Assembly (NCBI GenBank): GCA_030704615.1
Contig: CM060731.1
Span: 41,726,001-41,790,000, forward strand
Length of the DNA: 64,000 nt
From: Takakia lepidozioides
Lineage: Eukaryota; Plantae; Bryophyta
Reading direction: 5' to 3'
Positions 37,801-52,193 of the stretch are shown in pieces. Each line of letters begins with the position of its first letter. Position 1 is the stretch's first letter. Under the pieces are notes generated by a model that was not told the DNA's origin, did no database searches, and saw only the letters and a list, made by a program, of their open reading frames with translations. Both the position numbers and the translations under genes were made by a program.

Positions 37801-38663
37801 GATCCAAGTTTCTGCAAACCACCTCCATATGATATTCGTTGCGGATCTTCCAGCAAAATAAAAATATAAACTTGGATGAAATCGAAGAGCTCGCATGATA
37901 TATGAGCCATGCCCACCTCACATTTAGCTTAGCTATAAGTAAACGCGCCCATTTCGCAGACGAAGGATTTGAGACTGTATTCGCCATATTCAATCTTTAG
38001 CGGGGCTGAGTTGAAGAAATGGAAGAAATGGTGTGTTGCGCGGATATTTTTGAGCGACGAGTGAGGCGAGGGGGATGGGGATTCGATGGGAGGGAAGGAA
38101 GGTCAAAGTGGAGAATCATGTGGGGTGGGGATGATGACCCATTGAGCCGGCATCCGAGTAAGGGTGAAACCGGTGAGCAGAAGATGATGGGGCGGGGGGG
38201 GGAGACCGAAGTTGGAAGCTGCAGGCCTGTAATCGCAGGCTATAAACAGGGCCGCCATCATCATCACTGTAAATAAAATATGACTTTGAGTTACGCACCA
38301 ACCGAGACTTCTCAAGTTGAGGATTTTTGAGGAGACCACTACGGATTCCAGCATCAATCGCTGAATAGATGATAAAAATGGGCTGGAGGCATCTGCCCCA
38401 TTCATCAGCATCGCTGGGGTTTGCCAGCTCCGCTGTTGTGCAATCCACCAATCATCAAGGGCTGCAGCCTGCAAGCCATCAAGATGTCCATTGCATTCTG
38501 CAGATGCAGTACTGCCATCGCCATCGTGTATCAACCCCCGCTGCCAGATGCTCTCTCAGGTTTCTGGGCTTGATGGGCTGCGGTATCGGAAGTTGTGATA
38601 TGTATGTGGTGATTTTGGGCTGCAACAGTCTCGATCTTTCTCAAGCCTTTTGATTCTGGAGAC

Positions 38664-41600
38664 ATGACACGTGCAGCTGGTGGTGGTGTGCCGAAGCGCG
38701 GAAAGCCCCTTCGCACTCTGCTTGCTGTGATATGTGGGAGGAAACCGTGTTCAAACGGGTCCACATTCCAGGGCGTGGAGAACAATCGAACCAGTTATTT
38801 CTCCTTTCAAGAAAATACAGACAGACCTAGCAGTTCTCAAAACCATCTCGAGTATGCATCGACCGGAGGACAGAATAGAAGCAATGGTGGCCAGTTGCAG
38901 CAAGAATTTTCAGATCTTGAGACAGCAGGAGATTTGGAGGTTTTCCCATTTTTCCTTCCGTATGACCTGATTGCCGTTTTGCTAATTCTATTGTGCATGA
39001 AGCCAAATCTATGGGAGGTTCAACCTTTCAATACAAGTAACGAGGACATCGATGGAAAATAACATTCACGGAGACGCACGCCACATCTCATATGTTTTTC
39101 TCGGACTGCCTCTATGGAGTACATATGACCTATACAATTCTTGCAAGCTGTGAAATTGATGATGCAGGTAGGCTGAAATGTTTTCCACATGGTGTCAGGT
39201 TTATATTTTGGAGGACCCCACAAAGAAGGAGCTAGGGTGCAAACTAGAGGCATTGCACCCTGACATTCTCTTCTTCCATGGAGAGCGGATTTCAGGGAAG
39301 GAAGAAATTGGAGGGCTTGTTCTTAGGGATGGAAAAATCTCCTCCCCAGACAGTCTTTCTTCAATTTTCAGCTCAAAAGTTCCGGATCTGGTATGCTTTT
39401 CTTCTTTCTCTGTTCCACCGGCTTCCGATTTTGCCACTGACTAGTTTTTGACTGTCAATTGGGTAGCTGGTACTCCTCAAGACAATGAAGTTCTTCAAAA
39501 CCAACAAGGCTAGCCTGTTTATATTTGTGTACAAATTCATCTTTCATATCTGACAGCTCCGTTGGTTCTCAAGGTGTATCTGGAGACCTCACCAGCAGGG
39601 AGACTTGGTGAAGCCATCCGCTCACTGGTATGTCTTGACATATAAATTGTGAATTGTATGGATTGTGCCCCCTACCCCGGGCGATGTGGTCTAGACGTCT
39701 GCAGCTGTGGGGCAACAGGTGTTTGGGATTTGAAGACAAATGGAAGGTTATCTGTCCTACAGTCAGTGATGCTTGAAATCCCAATGGGATATTCTCTGGA
39801 TATTTGGGTTGAAGAATTCTAAAGGGTACTCAGAACATTGCACTTCAAATGTCCAAGGAATTAGGATTTATACATGTTGCCTCTTCTTTTTGAATGTGAA
39901 GTGCACAAATACTCTTTCTTGTCTGTTATGTGGAACTTGTGGCAGTCAATTTCCATTTGGTTTGTTTGTGCACCTCTGCAGGGTGTACCACATGTGGTAC
40001 ATTGGAAATTTGCACCAGCATCTCCCTTGGCGACTCATTTTCGTCGAGCACTAGTGGCTGCTTTAAGGAGGTATTCGGCACCATTGTTGAGCTTTTCCAG
40101 ACCGCCACAGTTGGTTCGAGTTTGTAGGTTGCAGACAATAGGTTTTACCTTGTACACTGCTATGGTCCAACATCCTAGCGTCTGGATTCATACTGTTCGA
40201 CAGTGATAAAGCGAGACACACAAATTCAACCCTCCAAGAACTAATTATCCTGGTAGTTTACACAGTGACAGCCATACGTCATCTTATCTCATCCAGTGCC
40301 GGTTTGAGTACTATCTAAATCGACAGGGGAAGGGTTGAGAGACGTAGATAGAGTCTGATGCATTATTGCCTTCTTGAAACAGCTTGGTAGCAGGAGCATG
40401 GGATGCATTTCAAATAGCAAACGCCTCTTTTCAAATACACTGCAGCCAATCGAAAGCAGGCAGCACATTAAATGGCCAACAAAAGCTGGCCACTGTGGTG
40501 CCCATGCTGCTAGGAGATCCACCTCCCAAGATCTCAGACGAGCCAACCGCAGAGACATCAAGTGAGGAAGATGGTACAAAAGCATCACCATCTGGTGTGG
40601 CTCCGGTGCAAATCTATGACGAGGAGACTAAGCTTCGCCTTCTTGTCTGTTCAGAAGCTAGCATACCGGTAACATTTCTTTCCCTTGTATTGGGTTTCTT
40701 CTAATTGTTGTTCTCTCTTGTCGCCGTGCCTTGTGGGGCCCCTTCGGTCTTGTCTTTGTCCTATATCTGGAGTTGTGGTCCATAATCTTACAATGAAGTC
40801 GCATTCAGCTTCTTGCATCAGTAATTGCAGACACCCTCTCATCCCTTTCATGCAAATTTACTTGTTGTGATGGCTATGTGCACCATGTTTTCACCGAGTG
40901 AGCCTGTGACTGGTAGAGATGCCTGATGACACTAGTTCACACTGCCTGCAGAGTACAAGCTGGTTTGGAGCTATTGAAGAGGGGCTGAGTGCTCTGCTGA
41001 CAATTGAAGTGGGTCTCTTACCTAGCCTGCCTTTGGTCTTGTAGTGATGCTCAGTTTGTTGAAACGTGTATGCAATAAAAGCAATTTAACTTCCGTGTAG
41101 GAACACTATTGTTACTATGTTTTGGGTTGTCTGAAGGGTGATACCAACCAACACAAAATGTCTCACCCGTTTCCATGGATTTTCATTGAGAAGCTAGCAA
41201 TTCATTTGTCGGCTAAATGCTTGCTTTGCAATTTCAGGCTAATGGGGCTCGACTACTGCACCGGGTCAGGTGGGTCCTCCTTTGTGATTCCATATAGAGG
41301 CTTATTTATTTTTCAGGCTTATTCATGAATGATTCTCAAAGGCTGAGTGGTGGAAGATTTAAGACAACTTCATGATGTTTTTCAAAATCTCTTGAAGTCC
41401 GACAAAGAGCAATTTCTGAATTTATTCAAGATTGATCACAGTAACCTATTCACTGCTGCAGTCATGAAACCTCAAGGAAGACAAAAGTTTATTCTGACTG
41501 GACTATATCTTGGCAGTGCTCCACCACCACCTATGGCAGCTGCCTCCTTCACTCGTGGGGTTGTGACTATGCGCTGCGATGTCTGCACAACAAGCTGTGC

Positions 41601-44600
41601 GCGCATTCCTCTTTTGGTTTCTGGGGCTGCCCAAACCTGCTTCGATGACCAGGTCAATATTTGTTAGAACACACAGTATGGGGTGTGGTGTATTCCCTGG
41701 GGCCGAGGTTCTAATTTACGCTTTAATGATAAGGCCTTTGTTACAGTAAGCAAAGTTTTGGATATGTAATATGGCGAGCAATTGGTCAAGAGGGTTTTTT
41801 GAAACTGGGCACTTACATGTGTATCGTGATGGTTTACGTAATCTCTGTTGGTTATCAACCGTGTGGTAGGTTTGGCTGAGCTGATGTCTGTTCTGTGGCT
41901 GCAGCTATTAGAGAACAGTATAAGGAAGAATTTACTAGGCAGATGTGCAAAAATTCAATCATTTGTGGCGGACAATGAGTCAAAATCAAGTTGCTTGAAT
42001 GCTGAACTACGGCGCTCGGTTTCTATGGCATGCGGTGCTCCCATTGTGGAGCTTCGAATCAAAGCCCCACATTGGGCTGGACAGGTCAGCCTTCAGGGTC
42101 TTGATAGTTTTTCAAGGAAGGGATGCAATATTCGTTGTTGCCAATTGTCTACTTCCCTTAAAAACTTTTATCTGTGCTGAATTCCTTGCCAATCTAGAAG
42201 TTATGAGGTGCGTATGTATGTCATGGATGTCTCTGCAGCCTTGGTTTGCTGATTTTGCTTTTCATTTACAGGTCCTGCGGCAGCTCTCAGCTGATTCGTC
42301 TTACCGGAGCCTAGCTGCAATGGGGATAGCTGGTGTGGAAGGAGCACCTGTGGCTGCATTTCAGAAGGAAGACACAGCCCACCTGAGCTCACTAAAACGC
42401 ATCCGGGAGCCAGATATAGTAACCCTGAGCCAACCTGGTGTTAGCTATGGAATGTCTATGCCTCCATGGTTGGTCCCACCTGCTGCAAGCAGAAAACGAA
42501 TCAGACTACTCCCATGTACTTGGCACTCCTCAAATGATGGCGTAAGCGAGGATGACAGGAAAACACTGAAAGTGAATGGGGAAGCTAGTAGCAGCAGCAG
42601 GAAGTGGCCAGAAAGCCGTAATGCTTCAGAATGTAAGAGTGGTTAAGACCGAGAACTTTACCCTTACATCCCCATTCCAACTTCTGACTGCTCTGGTTGG
42701 TTTTGAATGGGAAGAACTAGCAATATGTCACAGTAGTTTCAGATAGAATTGATTATTGCTTCATATGTGCCAAAGATAGTCGTAATTGTTTGTATTGATG
42801 AGGTTCTGTCCCTGCAGCAATGCATGACCAGGGTTATTATCTCCTTCAAACAGCATACTCTAATGTGTGTTGATGTTTTGTTCAATACTACAGATTGGAA
42901 TCCTAGAAGCTCTATGGTGGCCTCATCAAGCAAGCAAAATGTATCGCCTCTCCTTGCTGCAATGAAGCCTTTACCACGTACGAGCCGCCGGAAGTTGATG
43001 CCATTTGCGGGGGCCGTCATGGCAGCAGCACAGGCAGGCTGGACTATGAAGCTGGATAAGCCAAATGGGGTGGAGCGAAGTCGTGGACGGGGACATCCAA
43101 GGCCAGATTCAGTCAGGGTGAGAATGAATTCTAGCATGCCTGCAACCATGACCAATCACACTGCAGCAGGTGTGACTCCGAGTCCATTTCTTCTTCCCAT
43201 GAATGCTCCACCGGTGAAGCAGCATGGCTGCAACCGGCAGCGCATTGAAGAGTGCCCAGAGGTGCGTCCTTGATTCTCTCTAATGCTTTGATCATCAGGC
43301 ATGCTTTAGTTTAGTTGCAGTGCCTGCCTCATCTGAGGAAGTACCAACTTCTGGTACCCCATTGCATACACACCACACACATACAGGGTCCCAAACCCTG
43401 TCACAAGATCTTTGTGAAACACCTTGATCACCTGGCAATTTATGCAACTTCTGCTGCTTTGGAGGGTCCTGAATACTGCTGACAGGTCGAATTGAGTCCC
43501 TCAGGATCGGTCAGCTGTCTTTGGTGTGGCTCTAAGGCAGTTGGAGTCACCTCCTTAAAGGTAGAGATGTAGAGACTATTGGTGGTCAGAAGCTGTTAGT
43601 AGTTCACCTCTCCTCAGACATGCAAGAAAATGGAACTCTGATCCTTGGAACAAAGGATGGAAAGAAGTATAAGATCCTTAAGACTGGTTTGGTAACAAGG
43701 AGAGTGTTGGCAATAGCGTTGACTACAAGGTCTTTTCGCTGTGTTAGAATTCAGTAGTGACAGCTATACTGTGCCGGTGCAGGAGGAGTTCGCAGGATTA
43801 GGATTTGATGCAATTTCTGGTTTCAAGGGGACATGGTCGCCTTATTCCTCCAGCTGGTCCAGAGGCATTCCCTGAAGTTGTCCTCAATGGAAAACGCCTC
43901 GACCTTTATAACCTCTACAGAGAGGTTAGTTATGTTTTGCAACCCATGCACACATAGTGACCCCCTTTTTAGGGCTATGGTGAGCAGCACAAGGACTTCA
44001 AAAAAAATTTAGATGGTGAGACTCAGCATGAAGTGCTGACTTCTGGAGGGCTTGTTTACTCAAGTACTGGGATGATACTTGTTTCAATGCAGGTGGTTTC
44101 AAGAGGAGGTTTTCATGTCGGAAATGGCATCAACTGGAAAGGTCAAATTTTTGCAAAGATGCGTAACCACACTTCAGTGAATAAGATGACGGTAACTCCC
44201 TTTAATCTATCTGGAGGAGAAATTTTGTCCTACTTACCAAGGAATGCTGCCTAAAAATAGTCACAAGTATATGATAGATTTTATGGTAACCAGCATAATT
44301 TGCAGACATACAACAGGTACAACAGGTTTTTTTATATAGCTGGTAAACATTTCAATGTTGTTCTTGTGGCTTCTCATTGAAACCCTTGCTTGTCTACGGA
44401 TGTATATAATTACGTTGTGGCTTGGTGAGAAAACATATCGCTTTGCTGCAGGAGGGTCAGGTCAATTCATCAGACTTTACTCACAGTGCCCCCACCAAGG
44501 GTTTACCAGGAGGCAAACCTCATGTTATGCTAGGAAGTTGCTTGGCCTAACAATGGGCTGTTTTTCAGGGGGTGGGAAACACTCTGAAGAAGCACTACGA

Positions 44601-45307
44601 GGTGTATCTGCTAGAATATGAACTGGCCCATGATGATGTGGACGGTGAATGCTGTATACTATGTCACAGGTATGTGCTCTTCTTATAAGTCTATCCCGCG
44701 AGCAGTTAGAGACCATGTGATCTACTTTCAATCTAGGCCTCATGATTGTATGACTTCATATATGTAATTGGAAATGTAAGTTTACTTTGTAGATAGAGAT
44801 GCAGGAAAAGATAGAGGTTAGTCTCCATTCTTGAGTTTCTCATTTTTGTATCCTATCATGTCATGGTTGTCTCAAAGATAAAATGCAACTCGTGTTAACT
44901 GAGGGGCCCTTATGGGACAATGTGTTGCAGCGGGGCAGAGGGGGATTGGGTAAACTGCGGGATATGTGGTGAATGGGCTCACTTTGGTTGTGACAGACGC
45001 ACTGGACTAGGAGCCTTTAAGGTAAGCCTACTTCAAATATATGTCGCTTGTTCACACATGCTTCAGCTGGTCATCTTGTATAGACTGCTCCTGATGCAGT
45101 AGATAGAGAATGGCCCTATTGCATCAGTGCGCCACTACTGATTGTATCCTCGGTTATGTAATGTAGGATTATGCAAAGACAGATGGTCTGGACTACATTT
45201 GCCCTAGCTGCAGTGCTGGCAACGGTAAAGTTTACGCTCGGCGTGCCAAGCTGAAAAGTTCTCTTCCATCAGCCGAATCACTTCCCCAAGTCCTGAGGGG
45301 AAGCTAA
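38664..45307 (+). CDS. ARID4: ARID domain + C-terminal PHD finger protein (ARID4-like), multi-exon
   Basis: VLNGKRLDLYNLYRE, VVSRGGFHVGNGINWKGQIFAKMRNHT, LKKHYEVYLLEYELAHDDVDGECC, WVNCGICGEWAHFGCDRR...YICPSC; stop at 45305-45307. Start and some internal exons are approximate. Confidence 0.85.
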
Positions 45308-46749
45308 AGCTATCTTTCATTATTGGCTTTTGAATGCTAGCTGCTTCACCTTGAATGTCGGCCTAAATATCTCTGTCGTTCAGAGAATGCACTCTTCCAG
45401 TAGTTGGTTAATGAACTGATATGGTGGTTTATATGGAAATACCACTCATGTTGGGGCCTGGAGATAAGTGGCATCACAGCATGAAGCAGCTATAAACACT
45501 TGATGAAGATGATATTGTTAGGCACTCCGTAGTTTGAACAGACACCCACGAATTGGCTCATATTCAAAGTCTCAGCACTATCTTTGGTAAAGATAGCAAG
45601 CAACAGACAAGATTTGTCCAATCAGTCTACCTGTTTCATAGAGGTATACTTGACCTGTGCGTTGATTCCATGTTATCCCCTGCATCCCCCACTGCCCAGT
45701 AAAGATAAAGTTCTGGGAACAGAAAGGGGAATGATCTTGCTCAGCAGTAGACTAGAATGTGCACTTCCTGTTTCACTGCAGGAAAAGTGTCCATCAAGCT
45801 GATTCAGTAGAATGTAACCCCACATGCAATGAGTCCCTACCTAGTGATTGGGTGATATCTGGCAGTGAAGCCTCGAACATTCCATCTAGTTCTGAGCAGT
45901 TCATTGTACTCGAGGTCTGTCACGTATGTCTTCTCTTATTCACAGAAGATGCACGAATGATGCATCACAATCCCACAGTGAAATGCATGCACCCACTGGC
46001 AGCATCACAAAGCTAAAATGCTGGAGTGTATGTTATTCACTCAGAGGGAGGGCTCACTGCAATCTTGCACGCTATTTCAAAGCATGGTTACCCTGATCAC
46101 TTGCACTGGCAGGCACCAAAGACATCTGAGGACGCATCCCTTTTCAATCACTCTGCCCCCCTCTCTCTCCACAGTAAATTTCCTTTGAAAGATGATACTA
46201 AACATTCTGGTAGAGTCGGCAATGCCTCACAATGACTTCGTATGGCAGCAATTCGGAGAAAAATGTGAAACATTCCGGAGGTGTCTGATGGGTAGTTCAT
46301 TGGATTCTTACGGATGAGTGGAAGCTTAATTTGCTTTTGCCCTAATGGTATGCTAATCCAGAGCACTTTCTTAAATGATTTTTTTCCCGCCATCCTGCCT
46401 CTGTCTAGAGAGGGAGGGAGGAAGAAGTGTCGGAGAGGGAGGCCTGTGCGAGAGGAATAGCGAGAGAGGGAGGAAGGAGTATGGGAGAGGGAGGACTGTG
46501 TGAAAGGAATGGAGAGAGAGAATGTGGGGGAAAAAAAAATCGTGAGTTTTGTTGCTTCTCCTCTCTTCGCCAGTGTTCTTGTTACAGTACTCGCTGTAAC
46601 TGTCAGTGTTGACATGGATAGCAGGAGCTGGATGAGAGCTCCCTGTTTGGGAAGCTACGTGGGGTGAAAGCATTGAATACAGAAAACTTCCAGTGTTCAA
46701 CTCTTCTCTTTTTCTTTCGCTGACTCAGGCAAGATTTGGTGCGGAGGCG

Positions 46750-49700
46750 ATGTCTAGAAGGAAAAGCATCCCTCGAAGAACCGGGCCCCCCTCCGCTTCT
46801 GGGCCAGCTGCCTCTGGTACCTTCCCCTGCTCTCTATTGGCTTAGTAGTGCTATAGCAGTGTTATTTGAGGCAATGATGCCATCCACCACTCTCTGTCAT
46901 ACTGCCGCAAGATTGAAGCCTACCATCACAAGTGGGTTTCTGTCAATGGAAAGAGATATGCCCCTTCTATATACTGCGGGATCAGTGGCTATCTGGGTAT
47001 CAATGCATCCAATGTTTATGCATGCGTTCTGGCAATTTGTTTCTCGTCCCCTCCCTCTATCTTTGCCTCACCCAGTGTTCTTACCACTGTTTTCAATTTC
47101 GGCTTCCTCTGAACCTGGAACTGGGTGCCAAGATCAGTCCAACCCAACATGAATATCAGTACAGTAATGAGGTGGTTATTGAAGATTTTATGTATGGTTG
47201 TTGCTGCAGGGAGCAGAGCTCCAAGAAAGCCCCACCGATACAAGTCTGGGACGAGGGCCTTGCTTGAGATTCGGCGTTACCAAAAGAGTTATGAACTTCT
47301 GATACCGAGACTTCCATTTGCGCGCGTGGTGCGTTCTTCTATCCTGAAAGGCCTTCTCACATTCTCAGGCTTCCCCCTTTCTCGGTAGCTTTATATTGTT
47401 TGTCTGTGGTCCTGTCTTTTTGGACAAATGCCTGCCCTTGGCCCGCACTCTCTCTCTCTCTATTGTTATTCTTGGTTTCTGGATTTGTTCCTCTCTCATG
47501 TTTTCTTCCATTTTGTCCCATAAGCTCTATGAGCTTTCCGTGGACGTTATAAAGCACCATTTCATTTCATTTCTCTCTCTCTCTCTCTCTCCACTTTGTG
47601 CCGAAGTTTCTTTCGTCTTTGAGCGCCATGGACTCTCCGTTCCTTCCCTACTGCCACAAAATAGGGAAGGGGTGGAAAGTTCGTCCAAGCGGGATTGCAA
47701 TATATGCAACAGACGAGAACTTATGGAACTTCACGTCAGGCGGACATGAAAACCGGCCAATCTCACAACGAAACTGCAGTTGTATCGGGAGACATTCTTG
47801 GTCCTCCATGACGATAGAATCTTGCGGCACCCAATTACCTGTCTGCAGCTCTATCTCCCTCTCTTCTAAGCGTATTGGGGAGGTTTAGCGTGGGACAGTC
47901 TGCGGATAGAGACTGGTAGGTGGGACTACCTGCAAGGTGAGAACCGTCTAGATCAGCTGGCCCCGGGAACAACAGGGAATCGAAAGCGAAGAACGTTCTT
48001 CTTTCATGCTAAGCAGCTTACCTCCATGAGGCGTTGACTATCAGAGAACCCCTTGAGCAATAGTTTCTTTCGAGCTCCTTGTCGAAGGCCCCTGTCTCTT
48101 CTTTATTTTTGCTTTCTCTTGTCCCATAAGCTCTTTGAGCTTTCCGCAGATGTTATGAAGTACCATCTCATTTCATTCCGTTTCTTCTCTCTCTAAACTT
48201 CTGAAGTTCCTTTGTAACTGTGCACATTTCCCCCAGCTAGAGGCATTGCGGTAGTCAACCTAATCTTTTCTAGCATAATGTTGATTCTAGCATTACATCA
48301 GCACTCAATTCTCTGTCCCAATTATCCTAGGCTTAGTGAGAATTGTATGGCAATATCGAGTGGAGCCTCCTAACAGACAATACATTCTTGCCCTCTCTCT
48401 GTCTGCTAGAGTGAAACTTGGAACGATTTGGCTCATTCTGGTCTTTCTTGCTCCACGTCCACTTTTTCCTTTTTGCTGTGGGTGCACAGTCCAATGAGTA
48501 AATTCTCTCTTCTCTCATGTACCAGTGTGAGAATAGTTAAGCGCATATTAGTAGGGCACCCATGGTCTAGTTAGTGACCCCATACATCTCTCCGGGCATC
48601 TCTGGTATCCTAAAAGAGCTTGGGACTGTGCAGGTCAGAGAAATTAGTGCTCGGTACTCATCAGAGGCATCAAGATGGACAGCAGAGGCCTTGACTGCCC
48701 TTCAAGAGGTACTTTCTGTTCCATGCAGTCATGACCACTAATCTCCTTGGAAGTCATTAGTGCAATTCTAGGCAAAGCAATCACGACATTAGTCCATGGA
48801 AGGGGTCTTTCATTAATCAACAGAATGCAGTAACTGAGTCCCTCTCTGTTCCTTCAGAAATTTCCATCTATGTGTCTTTGTCTCACTCTTGCTCTGTGTG
48901 AGTCCATCTCTCACCATTTTGGAATGTCAGAGTTGCACTTAGGATCACAGTCACATCATGTGAATCTCTCGTATGTACAGATCAGCTTTTGTAACTTTTC
49001 TTGGCACTTTCACTCCCAGTGTCAAATACCTGCATGGAATTAGCTTGAGTGAAAACTTCATCCTGCAGTTGCGTGAGAAGAGTTATATGTGGCAGAATGA
49101 TAGACTTCATGGCACTCAGTTGCAATGTTCCATGATCTGGATTCTCTAACCTGCTCTCTTTATGATTCTAAGAAGGGATCTCCTTTCTGGTTGATTGGAT
49201 GCAGGCAACAGAGGATTACATGGTGCATCTGTTTGAGGACATGAACTTGTGTGCTATTCACGCCAAGCGAGTCACCATTAGTATGTTCCTTTTTTCCCCC
49301 CTCACCCTTTCTCTGATCATATTTGAGATCACTGATCCTAGAGCCTTATCTTGCAAATGTGCTCTCCTACCTGTGGTATTGTCACCACAGGAGTTCTCAT
49401 CAGCCCCAAGGCAATAAACCCTAAACTGTACTGCCGGGACACCATTACTTCCACCTGTGGAGAGAAATGTAGGTCTTCAGTCAGTTGGTGATGAAAGGGT
49501 GTAGGCTTTCTAACTTGATGATTCTGTGACTGATTCTTGAATTGAGAGTCATAAAGAGCGTCAGTTCCAACTCATGCTGTTAAGAGAAAGAAATGAAATG
49601 AAATGATACTCAATAACATCTGTGGGAAGCTCAAAGAGCTTATGGGACAAGGGGCTGAAATAAGCGAGTGGGGCCGTCCACAAAAGGAAAGGAGAAATTT

Positions 49701-50745
49701 ATTTTCTATGCAGGAGGCCCACAGGACTCAGACCAGGACAGAACCATAGAGCATTGGCATGGTGAGAACACAGAAAGAACTCAAAATGAGAGAGAGAGAA
49801 TGTACTCTGAGACTTTTGCATAGCCTTGTGGCCATAGACCCCGTGCCCAGTTTGGGCAGGAGAGAATGTACTCATAAGACGTTGTTTGGCGTAGCCTTGT
49901 GGCCATTGACCCTTTGCTCAGTTCAAAGGGACAGAAACCACCTTTGTCAGGGGCTGACGCCTGCAGTATGACTTACCTTGGAACAGACAACTATTTCGAG
50001 TTTTCCAGATATCCTCTAGAAATCCCTTCACACAAGCATAAATCTGCTGTGTGTGGTTTGCCCAATAACTAGGCCAAAAGGGCCTGGGCTTTTGGCTCAG
50101 CTTCGAGACTTTCAAAGTTGGTAAACAAGGTTCAGGCACGTTCCCTTGATGGATTTGAAGAGGGCGTCTCTTTCATGAGAGTACCCAGGACAATGAATCA
50201 GAAAATGAATATTGTCTTCAGGTTGCCCACACAACGTAGGCTTCCCGTCCTGAGTTTAAATTTCAGTCTAGTGACACTTCTTTTTAAGACAACAGCATTC
50301 AACCTTAGAGAACAGAATATGGGAGAGAGCGTTTTGCACAGTTTCAATGGGTAAACTCTTGAGGTCATCCATGATGGCCTCTCCCATGTCACAGACTGGA
50401 AACAAGTTCAGGGAAGTTTTCTTCCTACCTTCATTTTCATCAAACAATTTCCTGGTAACAGACATGGCTTTGGACACTACAGCCTCTCAGCCTTTGGGCG
50501 GGAGAGAGAGAGAGGGAGATATCAACGTGCCAATGTGAAGTAGCCATCACTGAAGTATTGAGCTGGGTCATCTAAATATTGTCCTACTGTGAACAGAAGG
50601 CACCATTACTCAAGAAAAAAATGTGATTGAATCTGTTGGATGATACTTCTCCCCTATCTAACACATTCTCTCTATTGTGTCAGTGCCAAAGGATTTGCAG
50701 TTGGCCAGGCGACTTCGAGGTATGTCAGAGCGGCAGCACATGTGA
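46750..50745 (+). CDS. CENH3: Centromeric histone H3 variant
   Basis: Exons 46750-46816, 47210-47328, 48634-48708, 49205-49280 and 50684-50745 (132 aa). Divergent tail, FAR instead of FQR, loop 1 one residue longer than H3, RW instead of RF. Confidence 0.88.
49588..50480 (-). mobile_element. 3' fragment of a non-LTR retrotransposon with a (CATTT)n tail, in a CENH3 intron
   Basis: C-terminal Zn-knuckle-like [18 protein letters not shown] (about 50180-50235), then a 3' UTR ending in the same 60-bp motif and tail seen at 26627, 36412, 47514 and 48121. Confidence 0.65.
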
Positions 50746-51824
50746 CCGACTAGTTACTCTCTCTTATTTTATGGCAAAAGGTGTACAGAAAGCACACAAA
50801 CACAAACAAATATGTTCGTGGAGCAAGCCTTCAGCATGTGGGGTGGCTTTAAGCCCATCAGCTCTTGTCTCTGCCTTTCCCCTGTACTATGATATTCTAT
50901 GCCAATGTGGGGTATATGATCAAGACTACAGAGGTGTCGCAGGTGAAATCTCTATTTTCAAGGCATGGGAACAATTTGAGACCCATGTGAGTGGTCCTGG
51001 CAGTGCACTGCTCGAATTTGTGGGTGCACATTAGTCAAGCTCTCCCGGCAAGGTTTTCAAGATCTCACTTTTGACTGGCTAGTTAAGAGAATTGCAGATG
51101 AAGCAGCATACCTGTTAATGAGAATGCAGCTGAGCCTTGATATGGAAACCCCAGCAAGCGACTGACTGTAAAATTTGTCCACATGTATTTGTCCAAGCTC
51201 TGGATTCTTCTCACCCGCCTTTTCATGCGTCTGGAAAATTGTTATTTCTAATTCTCTTTCCGCCCGAGATTACAGAAGACTGTTTGGAGGATACAATTGT
51301 TAAGTTTACATACGACATGGTTGAACAACATAACTCATTCCTGTTCTTTGGATAGTTCGGAGGGGGTGGTTCGATGGAGACCTCCCCATTGGGCAAGTGC
51401 CATGCAGGCCCATGACATAACAAATGATAATTATTCTAACTTCCCAATGAAACTGTCAGATTTCATTCCCTCTCCACTTTGGATGAAAGGCAAAGACAAT
51501 ACATGAGGCTTCAGAAGGGGGGCTTTCTTTTGGGTGTCAGCAAGGGGCGATTTGGTGGGGGCTCCATTATCAGAATATTCTATCAAAGCTATAGTGCCTC
51601 CTTAAACCTGGGCCGATTCACATAGGGGTGATTGGGAGTGGCAATGGAACTTAACACTTACAGCCCTTTGCCCCAGTAAAAAAGTGTAGGCCTAGGGGAA
51701 ATTCCTGTCTGAGAAGCCCTCATTATAACAAAGCAATAATAACATATAATATATGACGCCTCCCCAAGGAATTGCACATTATGGTGTCTCTTCACCCCAA
51801 ACTTCCGATAGGAAGGGGAACACC

Positions 51825-52193
51825 TTGGTCAAGCACCCCCAGCCCTCCCATCTTTTTGGGCATACAGATTTGTTTCCATGCTACCTGGGGCTTTTTTTTC
51901 TGGCCAGATGATTTCGCTCCCCATATGTAGTTCCTAATGAGGCGGGTGACCTCTTTGATGTATTTGGGGTCTAGTCTCCAGGAAGAAGCATAGTACCAGA
52001 TACCTGCTTCCAGAATTTGTTTGGCTGTGAGAGCCCTCCCTGTGATGGTAAGGTGCTTTGAACCCCAGTAGGTTAGTTGTCGTTTGAGGTTGGCGAGGAC
52101 TAGGCCAAATCTCTGGTGGTCTGTCAATCCAATGCCAAAGGTATATCCTAGCAATGTGGTGGATTCCCCTGGCTGCAACCATTTTAGGCCATG
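51825..52193 (-). mobile_element. LINE (L1/Tx1-like) ORF2 fragment, downstream half
   Basis: GLKWLQPGESTTLLG...VAWKQICMPKKMGGLG; joins in frame with 60976-61080 once the CACTA element is removed. Confidence 0.85.

Noticed and set aside
34900-38550. Possible degenerate gene(s), including a P-loop-like LLVMG..KSS fragment on the minus strand near 37750
   Set aside because: No coherent domain or splice model could be supported by eye.
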